The notes: a model not told the origin generated them from the sequence alone. Shown: positions 1-8,806, counted from the stretch's first letter. The stretch: 63,442 nt of DNA from Coriobacteriaceae bacterium (GCA_963617165.1 CAVEOF010000006.1:1-63442), one strand, 5' to 3'. Numbers and translations: made by a program.

Positions 1-97
1 CGCCTCACGACGGACGCCCTTGCCCTCTGCTAACAGTTCCTACTGCCATGCCTGTAGTGGACTTTCACCACCATGTTGTATCGCATGCCGAGCGCAC
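1..97 (-). mobile_element. Group II intron, 5' end of domain I (partial, continues past left edge), class C-like
   Basis: Minus-strand RNA from nt 97 starts GUGCGCUCGGCAUGCG...GGUGGUGAAAGUCCAC...GGCAGUAGGAACUGUUAGC...GCAAGGGCGUCCGUCGUGA. It has the GUGYG start and ordered blocks like the O. iheyensis IIC intron domain I (from memory). It sits right after the terminator hairpin plus U-tract. Confidence 0.7.
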
Positions 98-100
98 TAA

Positions 101-136
101 AAACCCGCCTTCAAAGTGCACTTTGAAGGCGGGTTT
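101..136. terminator. Intrinsic terminator (perfect 36-nt palindrome) ending the sdaA transcript
   Basis: AAACCCGCCTTCAAAGTG/CACTTTGAAGGCGGGTTT, with A-run on one side and T-run on the other. On the minus strand it is followed by UUUUUA. Confidence 0.8.
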
Positions 137-227
137 CTTTATTTTCTTATAGTTTTAGGCTCTCGCGCCTCTCAGCCGATTTTCACACTTCGCAAGCCGA
201 AAATCGACTCCGCAAGCCCGAGCACCT

Positions 228-269
228 AATTCTTAATTCATAATTCTTAATTCTTAATTCTCAATTCTC
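228..269 (-). repeat. Heptanucleotide tandem array, (AATTCWK)n on + = (GAATTMW)n on -, 6 units
   Basis: aattctt aattcat aattctt aattctt aattctc aattctc. It overlaps the sdaA stop codon (261-263) and its last two codons. Confidence 0.9.
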
Positions 270-1529
270 ACTCGTCTTCTTCCAAAGGTCCCGATTGGTT
301 TTTGCGAGTCCGCCCTCGGAGGTCTCGCGATAGGCGCAGGCGATGTCGCGCCCCGTCTCTCGCATGGTGACGATCACCGAGTCGAGGGAGATCTTTCTGA
401 GGTCGGAGAGAAAGTCCGAGATGCGCGCGGCATTGATGGCACGCATGGCGGCGACGGCATTGCGCTCGATGCAGGGGATCTGAACGATTCCACCGATCGG
501 GTCGCAGGTCAAGCCGAGATGGTGCTCGATGGCGATCTCGGCGGCACATTCGATCTTGGAAAGGTCTGCGCCCGCAAGTTCCGAAAGGGCGGCGGCAGCC
601 ATCGCACAGGCGGAGCCGATCTCGACCTGACAACCGCATTCCGCGCCCGAGATCGAGGCATTGGTCTTGATCAGGTTGCCGACGACGCCCGCCGTCAGAA
701 GCGCGTCGCAGATCTCGCGTTCGGAATAGCCCCCGACCGTCTTCTGATAATAGAGCACGGCGGGTAGAACGCCCGCGGCGCCGCAGGTAGGCGCGGTGAC
801 GACCGTCTCTCCCGAGGCGTTCTGTTCTCCGACGGCGAAGGCATAAGCGCAGACAAGGCGATTTTCCGCCGAAGCGGCATCCTCCCCCTGCATCTTGTGT
901 CCGCGATACAGGAGCTTTGCCTTCTTTGCAACGCCGAGTCCCCCGGGGAGGATTCCCTCATCGTCAAGTCCGCGCAGAATGCACGCCTCCATCGTCTCAT
1001 AGACGGTCTTCATATATTCGCCAATCTCTCCCCCTTCGACGCGGCGGACATATTCGGGGATGCGGATCCCCTCTTTTCTACACAGGGCGGCGATCTCGGA
1101 AAATTTCGTCTCGCGGTAGACGATCGGAGCGTTTGTCTCATCCTCCGCCGTCATGTCTCCCGAAAGAAAGCAGATTCGACCGCCTCCGACGCTCACGGCG
1201 GTGGCGTGCCCGAGCTCCTTGCCGCCCCGAAGAGCGAAAAGCTCCATTGTGTTCGGGTGCGGGAGGTCTTCACGCGTCGGATCGAAGATCACCTCGCAGG
1301 GCGCGGGAAGCGTCTTTTCGATCACGCGATCGGTGCCATGCCCTCTGCCCGTCTTGGCAAGCGAGCCGTAGAGCACCGCACGAAAGGCATCTGCCTGCGG
1401 GTACCGCGCGGAAAATGCAAGGCAGGCTCTCTCGGGTCCGATGGTGTGCGAGCTGGACGGTCCTCTGCCGATGCGGTAAAGTTCGGTCAGAGACTCCATT
1501 CCGCAGGGGTATTTTTCCTCGGATTGCAT
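261..1529 (-). CDS. sdaA: L-serine ammonia-lyase (iron-sulfur dependent, single-chain)
   Basis: 422 aa with GRGPSSSHTIGP near the N-terminus and the C-terminal alpha-domain motifs TAPTCGAAG and ECGCQVEIG typical of SdaA. Confidence 0.9.
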   Translation of the reverse strand: MQSEEKYPCGMESLTELYRIGRGPSSSHTIGPERACLAFSARYPQADAFRAVLYGSLAKTGRGHGTDRVIEKTLPAPCEVIFDPTREDLPHPNTMELFALRGGKELGHATAVSVGGGRICFLSGDMTAEDETNAPIVYRETKFSEIAALCRKEGIRIPEYVRRVEGGEIGEYMKTVYETMEACILRGLDDEGILPGGLGVAKKAKLLYRGHKMQGEDAASAENRLVCAYAFAVGEQNASGETVVTAPTCGAAGVLPAVLYYQKTVGGYSEREICDALLTAGVVGNLIKTNASISGAECGCQVEIGSACAMAAAALSELAGADLSKIECAAEIAIEHHLGLTCDPIGGIVQIPCIERNAVAAMRAINAARISDFLSDLRKISLDSVIVTMRETGRDIACAYRETSEGGLAKTNRDLWKKTSEN

Positions 1530-1596
1530 GGAATTTCCCTTTCGTTTCTTTGTTTTTTTCGGTTTTCTCTCGTGGTTTCGGCTACTTAATCTTCAC

Positions 1597-1640
1597 AAAA
1601 GCATTCCGAAGCGGCAGATGCCTCTTCGGAATGCTTTTTA
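1597..1640. terminator. Intrinsic terminator downstream of the lipoprotein gene
   Basis: AAAAGCATTCCGAAG...CTTCGGAATGCTTTT: a 15-bp stem flanked by A and T runs. Confidence 0.7.
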
Positions 1641-1866
1641 GGAGCGATGCCTGTTTGCCGCCGTGTCGTCGGTCCGCGCTCCATGTCTTCGAATGCATAC
1701 GTTGCCGACAATATATGCCGTCATGAAAAGGCGCCGTATGCAATTATATTTCACACCGCCAAGGGTACAACGAATGCTCTTCGGGCAATGCGACAGACCC
1801 TCCACTTCTCTTCGTCCGGGTCGTCGATTCTCCCGGTGAAGACAGCAAAGTCATTGACCGAACGGA

Positions 1867-2409
1867 TCACAGAAAGGGGTGAGGAGGAGTACCGTCCTCG
1901 ATGTTCAGCATATCATAACGGGCATACAGCGTGATGTCCTCTGTAATAACGGTATCAAAGTCGAAAGCGGTATCCGCGCCCTCAAGGAACCATCCGCGAA
2001 AGACGTAGCCCGCTCTGACGGGAGATTTCGGCTTGATTGCCTTTTCGCCGGCGATGACCGTCTGCGCGGGAATGTTCACACTCTCTCCCGCGAAGGTGAC
2101 GGCGAAGGTATTACCCGACGCTTTCGCCTCAAACCGCGCGATCAGGGTGAGGTCGGAATCCACCGCGGCATCAAAGTCGTAGGGCGTATCCGCGCCGTCG
2201 AGATACCATCCGAGGAAGGTATAGCCCTCCTTGACGGGGGCTTGCGGTTCTGCCGCACATTCACCCGACTTTACCGTCTGTTGTGCAGGGAGCGTGATCC
2301 CCTCCCCCGCAAAGGTGACGGTGTGCGACCCGCCGCAGGCGGTCATCGACAGAAGAAGGGTGACGAGCAAAAGGAGACCGAGCGTAAATTTTCCTAAGGT
2401 ATGTTTCAT
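1867..2409 (-). CDS. Lipoprotein with two Listeria-Bacteroides (Flg_new-type) repeats
   Basis: Signal peptide with lipobox LLSMTAC. Two ~70-aa repeats carry GYTFLGWY / GYVFRGWF motifs. Confidence 0.8.
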   Translation of the reverse strand: MKHTLGKFTLGLLLLVTLLLSMTACGGSHTVTFAGEGITLPAQQTVKSGECAAEPQAPVKEGYTFLGWYLDGADTPYDFDAAVDSDLTLIARFEAKASGNTFAVTFAGESVNIPAQTVIAGEKAIKPKSPVRAGYVFRGWFLEGADTAFDFDTVITEDITLYARYDMLNIEDGTPPHPFL

Positions 2410-2787
2410 AATGGCTCCTATCCGACCTTGCGACTTTGCAAAGTCCGTTGTTATCGGTGGATACTTGTACGACCGGGATGCATTCTATTTTGATTATAGC
2501 ACACTTTTCTCTCTCCCGCAATCACTTTTTATAAAATTTATTTTTTATTGCAAGAAAAAATATACAATCTATACGAATGGAAAAATGATTATGGACATCC
2601 CGTTTCTTTCGCATGAAATGTGCCGAAGCGAAGAGGAGTATGATGTATCGTAAGGAAAGATGCCGGATGATTCCATCTCCGGACAGCCAAAGCGCCGCCG
2701 AAGCGCATCCCTTTTCTCCGAGAATCTGCCGTGCGTGGACCGCACATACCGGAACACGACTCGGCATGTTCCTTTCCGACAGAACGA

Positions 2788-2833
2788 CCGAAAACCTCCC
2801 GTCCGCACGGTGCAATACCGTGCGGACGGGAGG
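2788..2833 (-). terminator. Intrinsic terminator of the flavodoxin transcript
   Basis: CCTCCCGTCCGCACGGT-gcaat-ACCGTGCGGACGGGAGG, a 17-bp perfect stem followed on the minus strand by UUUUC. Confidence 0.75.
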
Positions 2834-2979
2834 CTCTTATGAAATTTGGCGAAACGCCAAGCAGGCGTAGCGCGACCAACGTCAAGAAGATCTTCGAATT
2901 CGGAATGACAGAGTTCGGAACCCCATCCGAAGGGAAACCCGCAACCGTCAAACACCAAGCAGAGAAGGCAGGCGCTCCG

Positions 2980-3007
2980 AATTCATAATTCATAATTCAT
3001 AATTCTC
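2980..3007 (-). repeat. Heptanucleotide tandem array, 4 units
   Basis: aattcat x3 then aattctc. The flavodoxin stop codon (3006-3008) lies in the last unit. Confidence 0.9.
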
Positions 3008-3428
3008 ATGAGGCAAGCGCGGCGCCGAGAGCGCGGCAGGCTTCGCACGCCTCATCGTCGGGCGCTTCCTGACAGATCACGCTGTCTGCGGCAAAGGTGA
3101 CACCGAGAGAAGCACACCGCTCCTCCCACGAGCGCATCCACTCGCCGTCCCCCCAACCGTAAGAGCCGAAGAGCGCGATCTTCTTCCCGCGGAGAGCGCC
3201 CTCACATGCCTCGAACACGGGGAGGAATTCCGCGTCTTCCAGCTCCTCCGCGCCCATAGCGGGACAGCCGAATGCGAGGGCGTCATAAGACGCGGCACTC
3301 GACGCGTCGAAGGATGACGCCTCAAACAACGTGGCATCCGCCCCCGCCGCCTTTGCTCCAGCGAGAACCTCTTCTGCCATGGCTTTGGTGTTGCCGGTTC
3401 CGCTCCAATACACGATCGATACTTTCAT
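3006..3428 (-). CDS. Flavodoxin (short-chain)
   Basis: MKVSIVYWSGTGNTKAMAE is the FMN-binding loop. GGAG lies 8 nt upstream of the ATG at 3428, so the ORF-track start at 3461 was trimmed. Confidence 0.9.
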   Translation of the reverse strand: MKVSIVYWSGTGNTKAMAEEVLAGAKAAGADATLFEASSFDASSAASYDALAFGCPAMGAEELEDAEFLPVFEACEGALRGKKIALFGSYGWGDGEWMRSWEERCASLGVTFAADSVICQEAPDDEACEACRALGAALAS

Positions 3429-3450
3429 TTTTCTATCTCCTTTGTAAATA

Positions 3451-4017
3451 TTATTTTGCATTTTTTGTATTTTTTACAACAAGTTTATCAAACGACGCAT
3501 TTCGTCTGTAAGCTTTCAGATAATGCTCGGTGCACTTTTTATAGAGGGCAAAACGTTCTTTTGCCGCCTCTTCGTCTCCGTAGACGCGCCACGTTCCGAC
3601 GCATTTCGCTCCGCGCGGTCCGTAGGTCATGAAGCCGTGGACATCCTCCGGAGGGTAGCCGAGGAACAGCCCGACCTCGTGCGGGAATTCTTTCTCCTCC
3701 CGCAGGCGGCGAAGCATCTCGGAAACGCAGAGCTCGGTATCACGGACGGGATAATCCCGCTCGTCGAGGATCTGCGCGGCAAGGGGATCTTTGAGGTCGC
3801 GCGCAAGCTTTTCGGGACGGTACATATAGAGCAGGGTGCGACCGCCGACCTCCTTTACGGGGAGGATCCGCACGCCGCGCGGTACCATACGGCGATTGAA
3901 ATCGCGAAGGCTCTCGCGAATTCCCTGCCCGTCCTCCTTCGGACAGGTGAAGAGGTTCCCCGTCTTCAAGCCTGCCATGGTCGGCGAGCAGTTTCGTATG
4001 ACAAATTCTTCGGGCAT
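3451..4017 (-). CDS. DUF3793-family protein
   Basis: 188 aa with CSPTMAGLKTGNLF and FPHEVGLFLGYP, motifs I associate with DUF3793. This family usually sits next to flavodoxin in Clostridia. Confidence 0.7.
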   Translation of the reverse strand: MPEEFVIRNCSPTMAGLKTGNLFTCPKEDGQGIRESLRDFNRRMVPRGVRILPVKEVGGRTLLYMYRPEKLARDLKDPLAAQILDERDYPVRDTELCVSEMLRRLREEKEFPHEVGLFLGYPPEDVHGFMTYGPRGAKCVGTWRVYGDEEAAKERFALYKKCTEHYLKAYRRNASFDKLVVKNTKNAK

Positions 4018-4217
4018 GTGTTTCTCCTTCTATGATTATCATATGCTAACTCATGCTTAAAATCATGCCGCCCGAGGGAGCGAAAAAACGTTTTGTACGT
4101 CTTCCCTCTGCCGCTCGGGCGGCGGGGGTAAATTCGGAGGAGGCGTTCCCGCGCAAAGACTTCGGACATCGTACGCGGTCGGTCTTCCCCGAAACGGAGG
4201 ACTTTAGAGGATCGCTT

Positions 4218-4410
4218 CGGACGTTTACCGAAGCGGTGAGCTGTAAGGCTTGCGTTCGGGCTTTCGCCGAAGCGGTGGGCTGTAAGCTTGCGTTTGGGCT
4301 TTCGCCGAAGCGGTGAGCTGTAACGCTCGCGTTGGGCTTTTGTCAAAACAGCGGGCTACAACGCGCGCTTCGGCTTTTACCGAGGCGGCGAATTTCAGAA
4401 GATCCTGTTC
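4218..4410. repeat. Tandem ~39-bp GC-rich repeat, about 5 degenerating copies
   Basis: Unit CGGGCTTTCGCCGAAGCGGTGRGCTGTAAGCTTGCGTT at roughly 4218, 4257, 4296, 4334 and 4372. It runs into the stop codon of the HMA gene. Confidence 0.85.
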
Positions 4411-4413
4411 GGC

Positions 4414-4680
4414 TTACTTTTTCCCGAATAGCGAGGCAAAGAAGCCGGGCTTTTTCTCGTACGGCTCGCATGTCATGCCTCCGAAAGTATATCCCGTCTT
4501 GTCGATCACGGCGTGAATCTCCTCCTCGCTCGGCGCGTTCTCGAGAAGCATGACCGTCTCCCCCTTCGCATGGGAAGAGCTGACCTTTTTCACGGGGAAT
4601 GCCGCGCGAATGGCGTCATTGATATGTGCCTCGCACATAGAGCACGCCATACCGTCGATTTTCAGAGTTACTTTTACCAT
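4414..4680 (-). CDS. Heavy-metal-associated (HMA) domain protein, CopZ-like
   Basis: MVKVTLKIDGMACSMCEAH contains the GMxCxxC metal-binding motif. GGAGGA lies 8 nt upstream of the ATG at 4680. Confidence 0.85.
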   Translation of the reverse strand: MVKVTLKIDGMACSMCEAHINDAIRAAFPVKKVSSSHAKGETVMLLENAPSEEEIHAVIDKTGYTFGGMTCEPYEKKPGFFASLFGKK

Positions 4681-4717
4681 TTTTTCTTCCTCCAATGGCG
4701 TATTTGCTATGTATTAT

Positions 4718-4870
4718 TTACTTTTTGCCTGTTTTACTCGGATTCGGAGAAGAAAGCCGACGCTTGATCAATCGCCGCATCCATTTCCGAATCAGCACGC
4801 AAACCGTTACGATCGCGGCGGATGCCGCCACCGAAGCCCAAAATTCAAAGCTCAAAAGCGCATCAAACAT
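4718..4870 (-). CDS. Small membrane protein (50 aa), hypothetical
   Basis: GGGAGGAG lies 6 nt upstream of the ATG. The product has one predicted TM helix (FWASVAASAAIVTVCVLI) and a basic tail. It lies 37 nt upstream of the HMA gene. No homology recognised. Confidence 0.4.
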   Translation of the reverse strand: MFDALLSFEFWASVAASAAIVTVCVLIRKWMRRLIKRRLSSPNPSKTGKK

Positions 4871-4980
4871 TTCTTTCTCCTCCCTTCGAAGGGACGAAAA
4901 CCGAGGCTTTCTTCTCTTTGTTCGTTTTGTTTTCATTCGCAAGTCGGAGGTCCGGATCTTTTCTTCCGACTTCCGTTTTT

Positions 4981-7278
4981 TTACTCCGCGCCCTTCAATG
5001 CCTCGACCATATCGATCTTGCGGTTCTTTCTCGCCACGAAGAAGCTGACGAGAAGGGACATACCGACGGTCAGAAGGATCGAGACGAAGACGGAGAGGAC
5101 ACTGACCGACAGCTGCATCTCGTACTCACCCGCGAGCGCCTTCAATAAGTAATCGAGCGTCAGGATCCCGACGGGTAAGCCCACCGCGGCGCCGAGCAGG
5201 CTGAGCCAGAGGTTCTGCCCGATGAGAAGCTGTCCGATGCGCCTATCCTGAAAGCCGACGACCTTCAGGGTCGCCATCTCGCGATAGCGCTCGGTATAAC
5301 TCATGACACCGAGGTTATAGAGCACGACGACACCGAGCAGCAATGCTCCCGCGACGAGAATATAGATCATCTTGTTCATGATGTCGAGGAAGGTATCGAA
5401 GGTATCGATGATCGCCTGCTTTTCCTGCACCGATTTGATGGCGGAGGTGGCGCCGATCTCCGCCTTCGCGGTATCGGTATACAAGGAGTCGTAGCGATAC
5501 GAAATGCCGAGAGAGTCGGCGTAAGCGGGGGACATGGCGACGCTCTCCGACGCGCTCCGGAAGACGCCCGCCACGCGGAGCGTATAGGTCTTCTCCGAGC
5601 CGTAGGGGCTGACGGTGAAGGTGTCCCCCGCGGAAAGCCCGAAGGCATCGGCAAGGCGCACGCAGATATACGCGCCGTCCTCGGGGAGGGTGACGTACCC
5701 GCCCTTTTCCAGAGGGAAGCGGATCTTCTCGTGCGTCACTTCGTAGACGTCGAGGGAGATCGATTTTTCGGTGTCCCTCCATTCCCGCTTCATCTCGACG
5801 TAGAGGGAAGCGCTCCTGTCCGCGTCGTAGCGCGAGGCGAGCGCGTCCGCGTCCTCCGCCGTCGCATCCTCGGAGAGGTAAATGCGGGAGGAATAGTTGG
5901 TCACGTCACGGTAATAGAGATCGAGAAAGGCATCCATCGTGTCCCGCATACCGAGCGAGGCGATGATCAGAAGCATACACCCCGTAATGCCGACAAGCGT
6001 CATGGCGGTGCGGGATCTGTGCCGCATGATGTCACGCAGATTCCAACGGGTACCGAAGGAGAACTTGTGAAAGAGCTTTGTCTTCTCGATGAGAAGGGGC
6101 TTCATCTTCTTCGGCGTATACGGACGCAGAGCATCCGCCGCGGTACCGCGGAGCATCTCCTTGACCGACAAAAATCCGATGAGGGTCAGAAGAAGGAAAA
6201 CAACCGCCAAGACGAGGATCACAAAGGTCGGGAGGACGAGACGCCACTCGGGGAAATCCATGTAGGTGCCCATCATACCGTTCGGATCCATGATATATGC
6301 GGCGATGCCATACCCGATGCCGATGCCGCCCGCGATGCCGACAAGCCCCACGAAGACGGCGTAGGAGGTATAATGCAGAAGGATCCGCCTGTCCTTATAC
6401 CCGAGCGCCTTCAGGGTACCGATCTGCGTCTTTTCCTTCACCGCGAGGCGGTGCATGGTAGTGACCATGGTCAAGACCGCGATCAGAAGGAAGAGGACGG
6501 GGAGGATCGTCCCCATGGTCTTCCCTTCCTCGACTTCCCCTTCGGCAGAGGAATAGGAGGCGGTCTCACTCTTTTCGAAGATGAGGGTCGTCTTTCCGAC
6601 GGCGCTGTTCAGTTTCTCCGAAAACTCGGTCTTTGACAGGTCGGAGAGCACGCGGAGGTCGGTATAAAACTCGAAGCCCGCCACCGACCGATAGAAAGCG
6701 GGGGAGATATATGCGAAGGCGTAGGTCGAAAGATCGGGCATGAGCTGCGACGAATCTCTCGTGCAGATCAGATACTCGCCCGACTTGATGAGCCCTTCGA
6801 CTTTCCCGACAAATTCTTTGTTTGCGTAAACAAGAGTTAGCGTATCGCCGACTTTTACGTTGTTTTTCTCTGCGTATTGGTCGGAGATCCAGATGCCGTC
6901 GGTGCTCTTTTCGTCATACTCGTTTCCCGACATCAGAAGAAATCCCGAGACGGCGGGATCGGTGGTCACGGTGAGAGAAAGGCTGTCTCCCTCCCGCTCC
7001 TTCACGTCGGTATTGACGGCGATGTAGCGCGCCGCGCGGCGGACGCCCTCAATGCCTGCGACCCGCTCGCGCTCCTCTTCGGAGAAGCCGGTCTCCGAGC
7101 GAATGAGATAATCGGCATAGCCCGTCTTCTCGAAGAAGGAGTCCATGTTCTCCTCAATGCTCGCCCACTCCATATTGAAGCCGACGAACACGCCGATGCC
7201 GAGCGCGATCATAATGACCATGGAGATAAACTGCGCTTTGTACTGCCGCATGGTGCGGATAAGCTTCAAAAACAGCAT
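4981..7278 (-). CDS. ABC transporter permease, double FtsX domain (MacB/Bce-like)
   Basis: 765 aa with two FtsX-type 4-TM modules, each preceded by a large extracytoplasmic domain. The gene follows the ATPase gene directly. Confidence 0.85.
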   Translation of the reverse strand: MLFLKLIRTMRQYKAQFISMVIMIALGIGVFVGFNMEWASIEENMDSFFEKTGYADYLIRSETGFSEEERERVAGIEGVRRAARYIAVNTDVKEREGDSLSLTVTTDPAVSGFLLMSGNEYDEKSTDGIWISDQYAEKNNVKVGDTLTLVYANKEFVGKVEGLIKSGEYLICTRDSSQLMPDLSTYAFAYISPAFYRSVAGFEFYTDLRVLSDLSKTEFSEKLNSAVGKTTLIFEKSETASYSSAEGEVEEGKTMGTILPVLFLLIAVLTMVTTMHRLAVKEKTQIGTLKALGYKDRRILLHYTSYAVFVGLVGIAGGIGIGYGIAAYIMDPNGMMGTYMDFPEWRLVLPTFVILVLAVVFLLLTLIGFLSVKEMLRGTAADALRPYTPKKMKPLLIEKTKLFHKFSFGTRWNLRDIMRHRSRTAMTLVGITGCMLLIIASLGMRDTMDAFLDLYYRDVTNYSSRIYLSEDATAEDADALASRYDADRSASLYVEMKREWRDTEKSISLDVYEVTHEKIRFPLEKGGYVTLPEDGAYICVRLADAFGLSAGDTFTVSPYGSEKTYTLRVAGVFRSASESVAMSPAYADSLGISYRYDSLYTDTAKAEIGATSAIKSVQEKQAIIDTFDTFLDIMNKMIYILVAGALLLGVVVLYNLGVMSYTERYREMATLKVVGFQDRRIGQLLIGQNLWLSLLGAAVGLPVGILTLDYLLKALAGEYEMQLSVSVLSVFVSILLTVGMSLLVSFFVARKNRKIDMVEALKGAE

Positions 7279-7287
7279 GACGTCTCC

Positions 7288-7989
7288 TTACCAGTCGATC
7301 TCGTCGGCGGAGGTGGGGGTCGCCTGTTCTTCCTTCGCGACGATCTTTCCGTTCTTCACGCGGAGGACGACGTCCGCCATTTTGGCGATGTTCTGATTGT
7401 GTGTGACGATCACGATGGTCTTTCCGTACTCGCGCGCCATGCGGAGCAAAAGCTTCAAGACAAGGACGCCCGTCTCGGAATCCAGCGCGCCCGTCGGCTC
7501 GTCACAGAGCAGGATCTTCGGGTTCTTCGCCAGCGCGCGTGCGATGGAGACTCTCTGCTGTTCGCCGCCCGAAAGCTCGGAGGGGAAGTTTTTCAGATGG
7601 TCGGAAAGTCCGACCTCCTCGAGCATTTTGGTGGCGGAAAGGGGATTCGGTGCGATCTCCTTGACGAGTGCGACGTTTTCGTGCACGGTCAGGGTCGGGA
7701 CGAGGTTGTAAAACTGAAAGACGAAGCCGACCTTCCCCGCGCGGTACTCGGCAAGCTCGTCCCCGTTCAGGGTGGAGATGTCCTGTCCCTCGACGTAGAT
7801 CTTTCCCTCGGTCGGACTGTCAAGCCCGCCGAGAAGGTTCAGAAGCGTACTCTTCCCCGCACCGCTCGGTCCGAGGATCACGACGAATTTTCCCTCGTCG
7901 AGGGTCATGCTCACGTTGTCGAGTGCGCGAAGCTCGTGGTCGCCGCTCCGATATACGCGGCTGACATTTTTGAATTCTACGATTGCCAT
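7288..7989 (-). CDS. ABC transporter ATP-binding protein (MacB/LolD-like)
   Basis: Walker A GPSGAGKST, signature LSGGEQQRV, Walker B ILLCDEPT. Confidence 0.95.
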   Translation of the reverse strand: MAIVEFKNVSRVYRSGDHELRALDNVSMTLDEGKFVVILGPSGAGKSTLLNLLGGLDSPTEGKIYVEGQDISTLNGDELAEYRAGKVGFVFQFYNLVPTLTVHENVALVKEIAPNPLSATKMLEEVGLSDHLKNFPSELSGGEQQRVSIARALAKNPKILLCDEPTGALDSETGVLVLKLLLRMAREYGKTIVIVTHNQNIAKMADVVLRVKNGKIVAKEEQATPTSADEIDW

Positions 7990-8099
7990 ATTCTATCTCT
8001 TTCTTCCGATCGTTTTTCAAGGGCATCCGAAGGCTTCGGGAGGATTCGGGTGCTTGCTCTTGTGATCGTGCTTTTTTTACGGTAGGAGGGGCGCTTCCC

Positions 8100-8460
8100 T
8101 TTCTCGGAAAGTACCGAGGGGGTGCGCAGTAAAGGCTTGCGTGTCCGATTTTCGGGACACGCCGTGAGGTATGCCGCCTGTGGCGTTCCCGCGTTCGGAG
8201 GTGCGCGCCAGAGAGGGGACATTGTTGAGACTTTCGCCCGTTTTAAGGGCGTTTCGCGAGGGATGTCGGGGCTTGCGTGCCGGGTTTCAAGGACACATCG
8301 GAGACGCGAAGCGCGCCTCGTTTTGAATGACGCGTCACGGGGTGTGACGGGGGCGTCGTGCCCGTTTTCGGGGGATGCGCGCGGACGGTATTTCCTTCAA
8401 GAATGTGCCGCGGGGTGTGTCGGAAGAGCTTGCGTTCCCGCGCTTGCGAGGGTATCGAGA
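8100..8460. repeat. Degenerate array of ~40-nt GC-rich GCTTGCG-core repeats
   Basis: Examples: gtaaaggcttgcgtgtccgattttcgggacacgccgtgag, ggggcttgcgtgccgggtttcaaggacacatcggagac, agagcttgcgttcccgcgcttgcgaggg. Same family as 4218-4410. Confidence 0.6.
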
Positions 8461-8798
8461 CTTTCGTCGGAAATCTCGGAGAGAAGCGTACAGGCGACCG
8501 AGCGCACATCCGAGAGGGTCGGAAAATGCTCCGTCAATGCTCCCTCGACCGCGTGACATGCCGCGGCATAGCGCTCCGACAGGCGTTCTCCCTCTTCGGT
8601 GAAGACGGCGGCACCGTAGCGACCCTTCTCGATCCATCCCGCCTCCGAAAAGGCGTTCATGATGCTGTATACGCTCGGTTTTCTGACCCCGAGGGCACGC
8701 GCGACGTCCACGCTGTGCACCGCGCCGTCCTCCAAAACCTCCCGCATGACGAGGAGGTAGCGAAGCTGTGCCGCGGTCGGTCGTTTTTGATTAGCCAT
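8397..8798 (-). CDS. DtxR/MntR-family metal-dependent transcriptional regulator (no SH3 domain)
   Basis: 133 aa. The winged HTH is VDVARALGVRKPSVYSIMNAFSEAGWI. GGGAGG is the RBS before the ATG at 8798, so the track ORF (to 9077) was trimmed. Confidence 0.8.
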   Translation of the reverse strand: MANQKRPTAAQLRYLLVMREVLEDGAVHSVDVARALGVRKPSVYSIMNAFSEAGWIEKGRYGAAVFTEEGERLSERYAAACHAVEGALTEHFPTLSDVRSVACTLLSEISDESLDTLASAGTQALPTHPAAHS

Positions 8799-8806
8799 TG
8801 CTAACC
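8789..8806. promoter_or_regulatory. 7-4-7 palindrome GATTAGC-CATT-GCTAACC overlapping the dtxR-like start codon and RBS
   Basis: One mismatch from the perfect copy at 12383-12400. The arms resemble DtxR/IdeR iron-box half-sites. Confidence 0.45.

Noticed and set aside
1-97. RNase P RNA or cobalamin riboswitch (GGUGAAAGUCC-type hairpin), or a plus-strand CDS ending at nt 33
   Set aside because: The GAAAGUCC hairpin first suggested RNase P or B12 elements. The flanking conserved blocks of those RNAs are missing, and there is no room for RNase P 5' sequence beyond the sdaA terminator. The GUGCG start, the block order and the terminator-adjacent position fit a group IIC intron much better.
4218-4410. 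CRISPR array
   Set aside because: The repeats are directly adjacent, with no unique spacers. Copies degenerate progressively, and there are no cas genes in the window.
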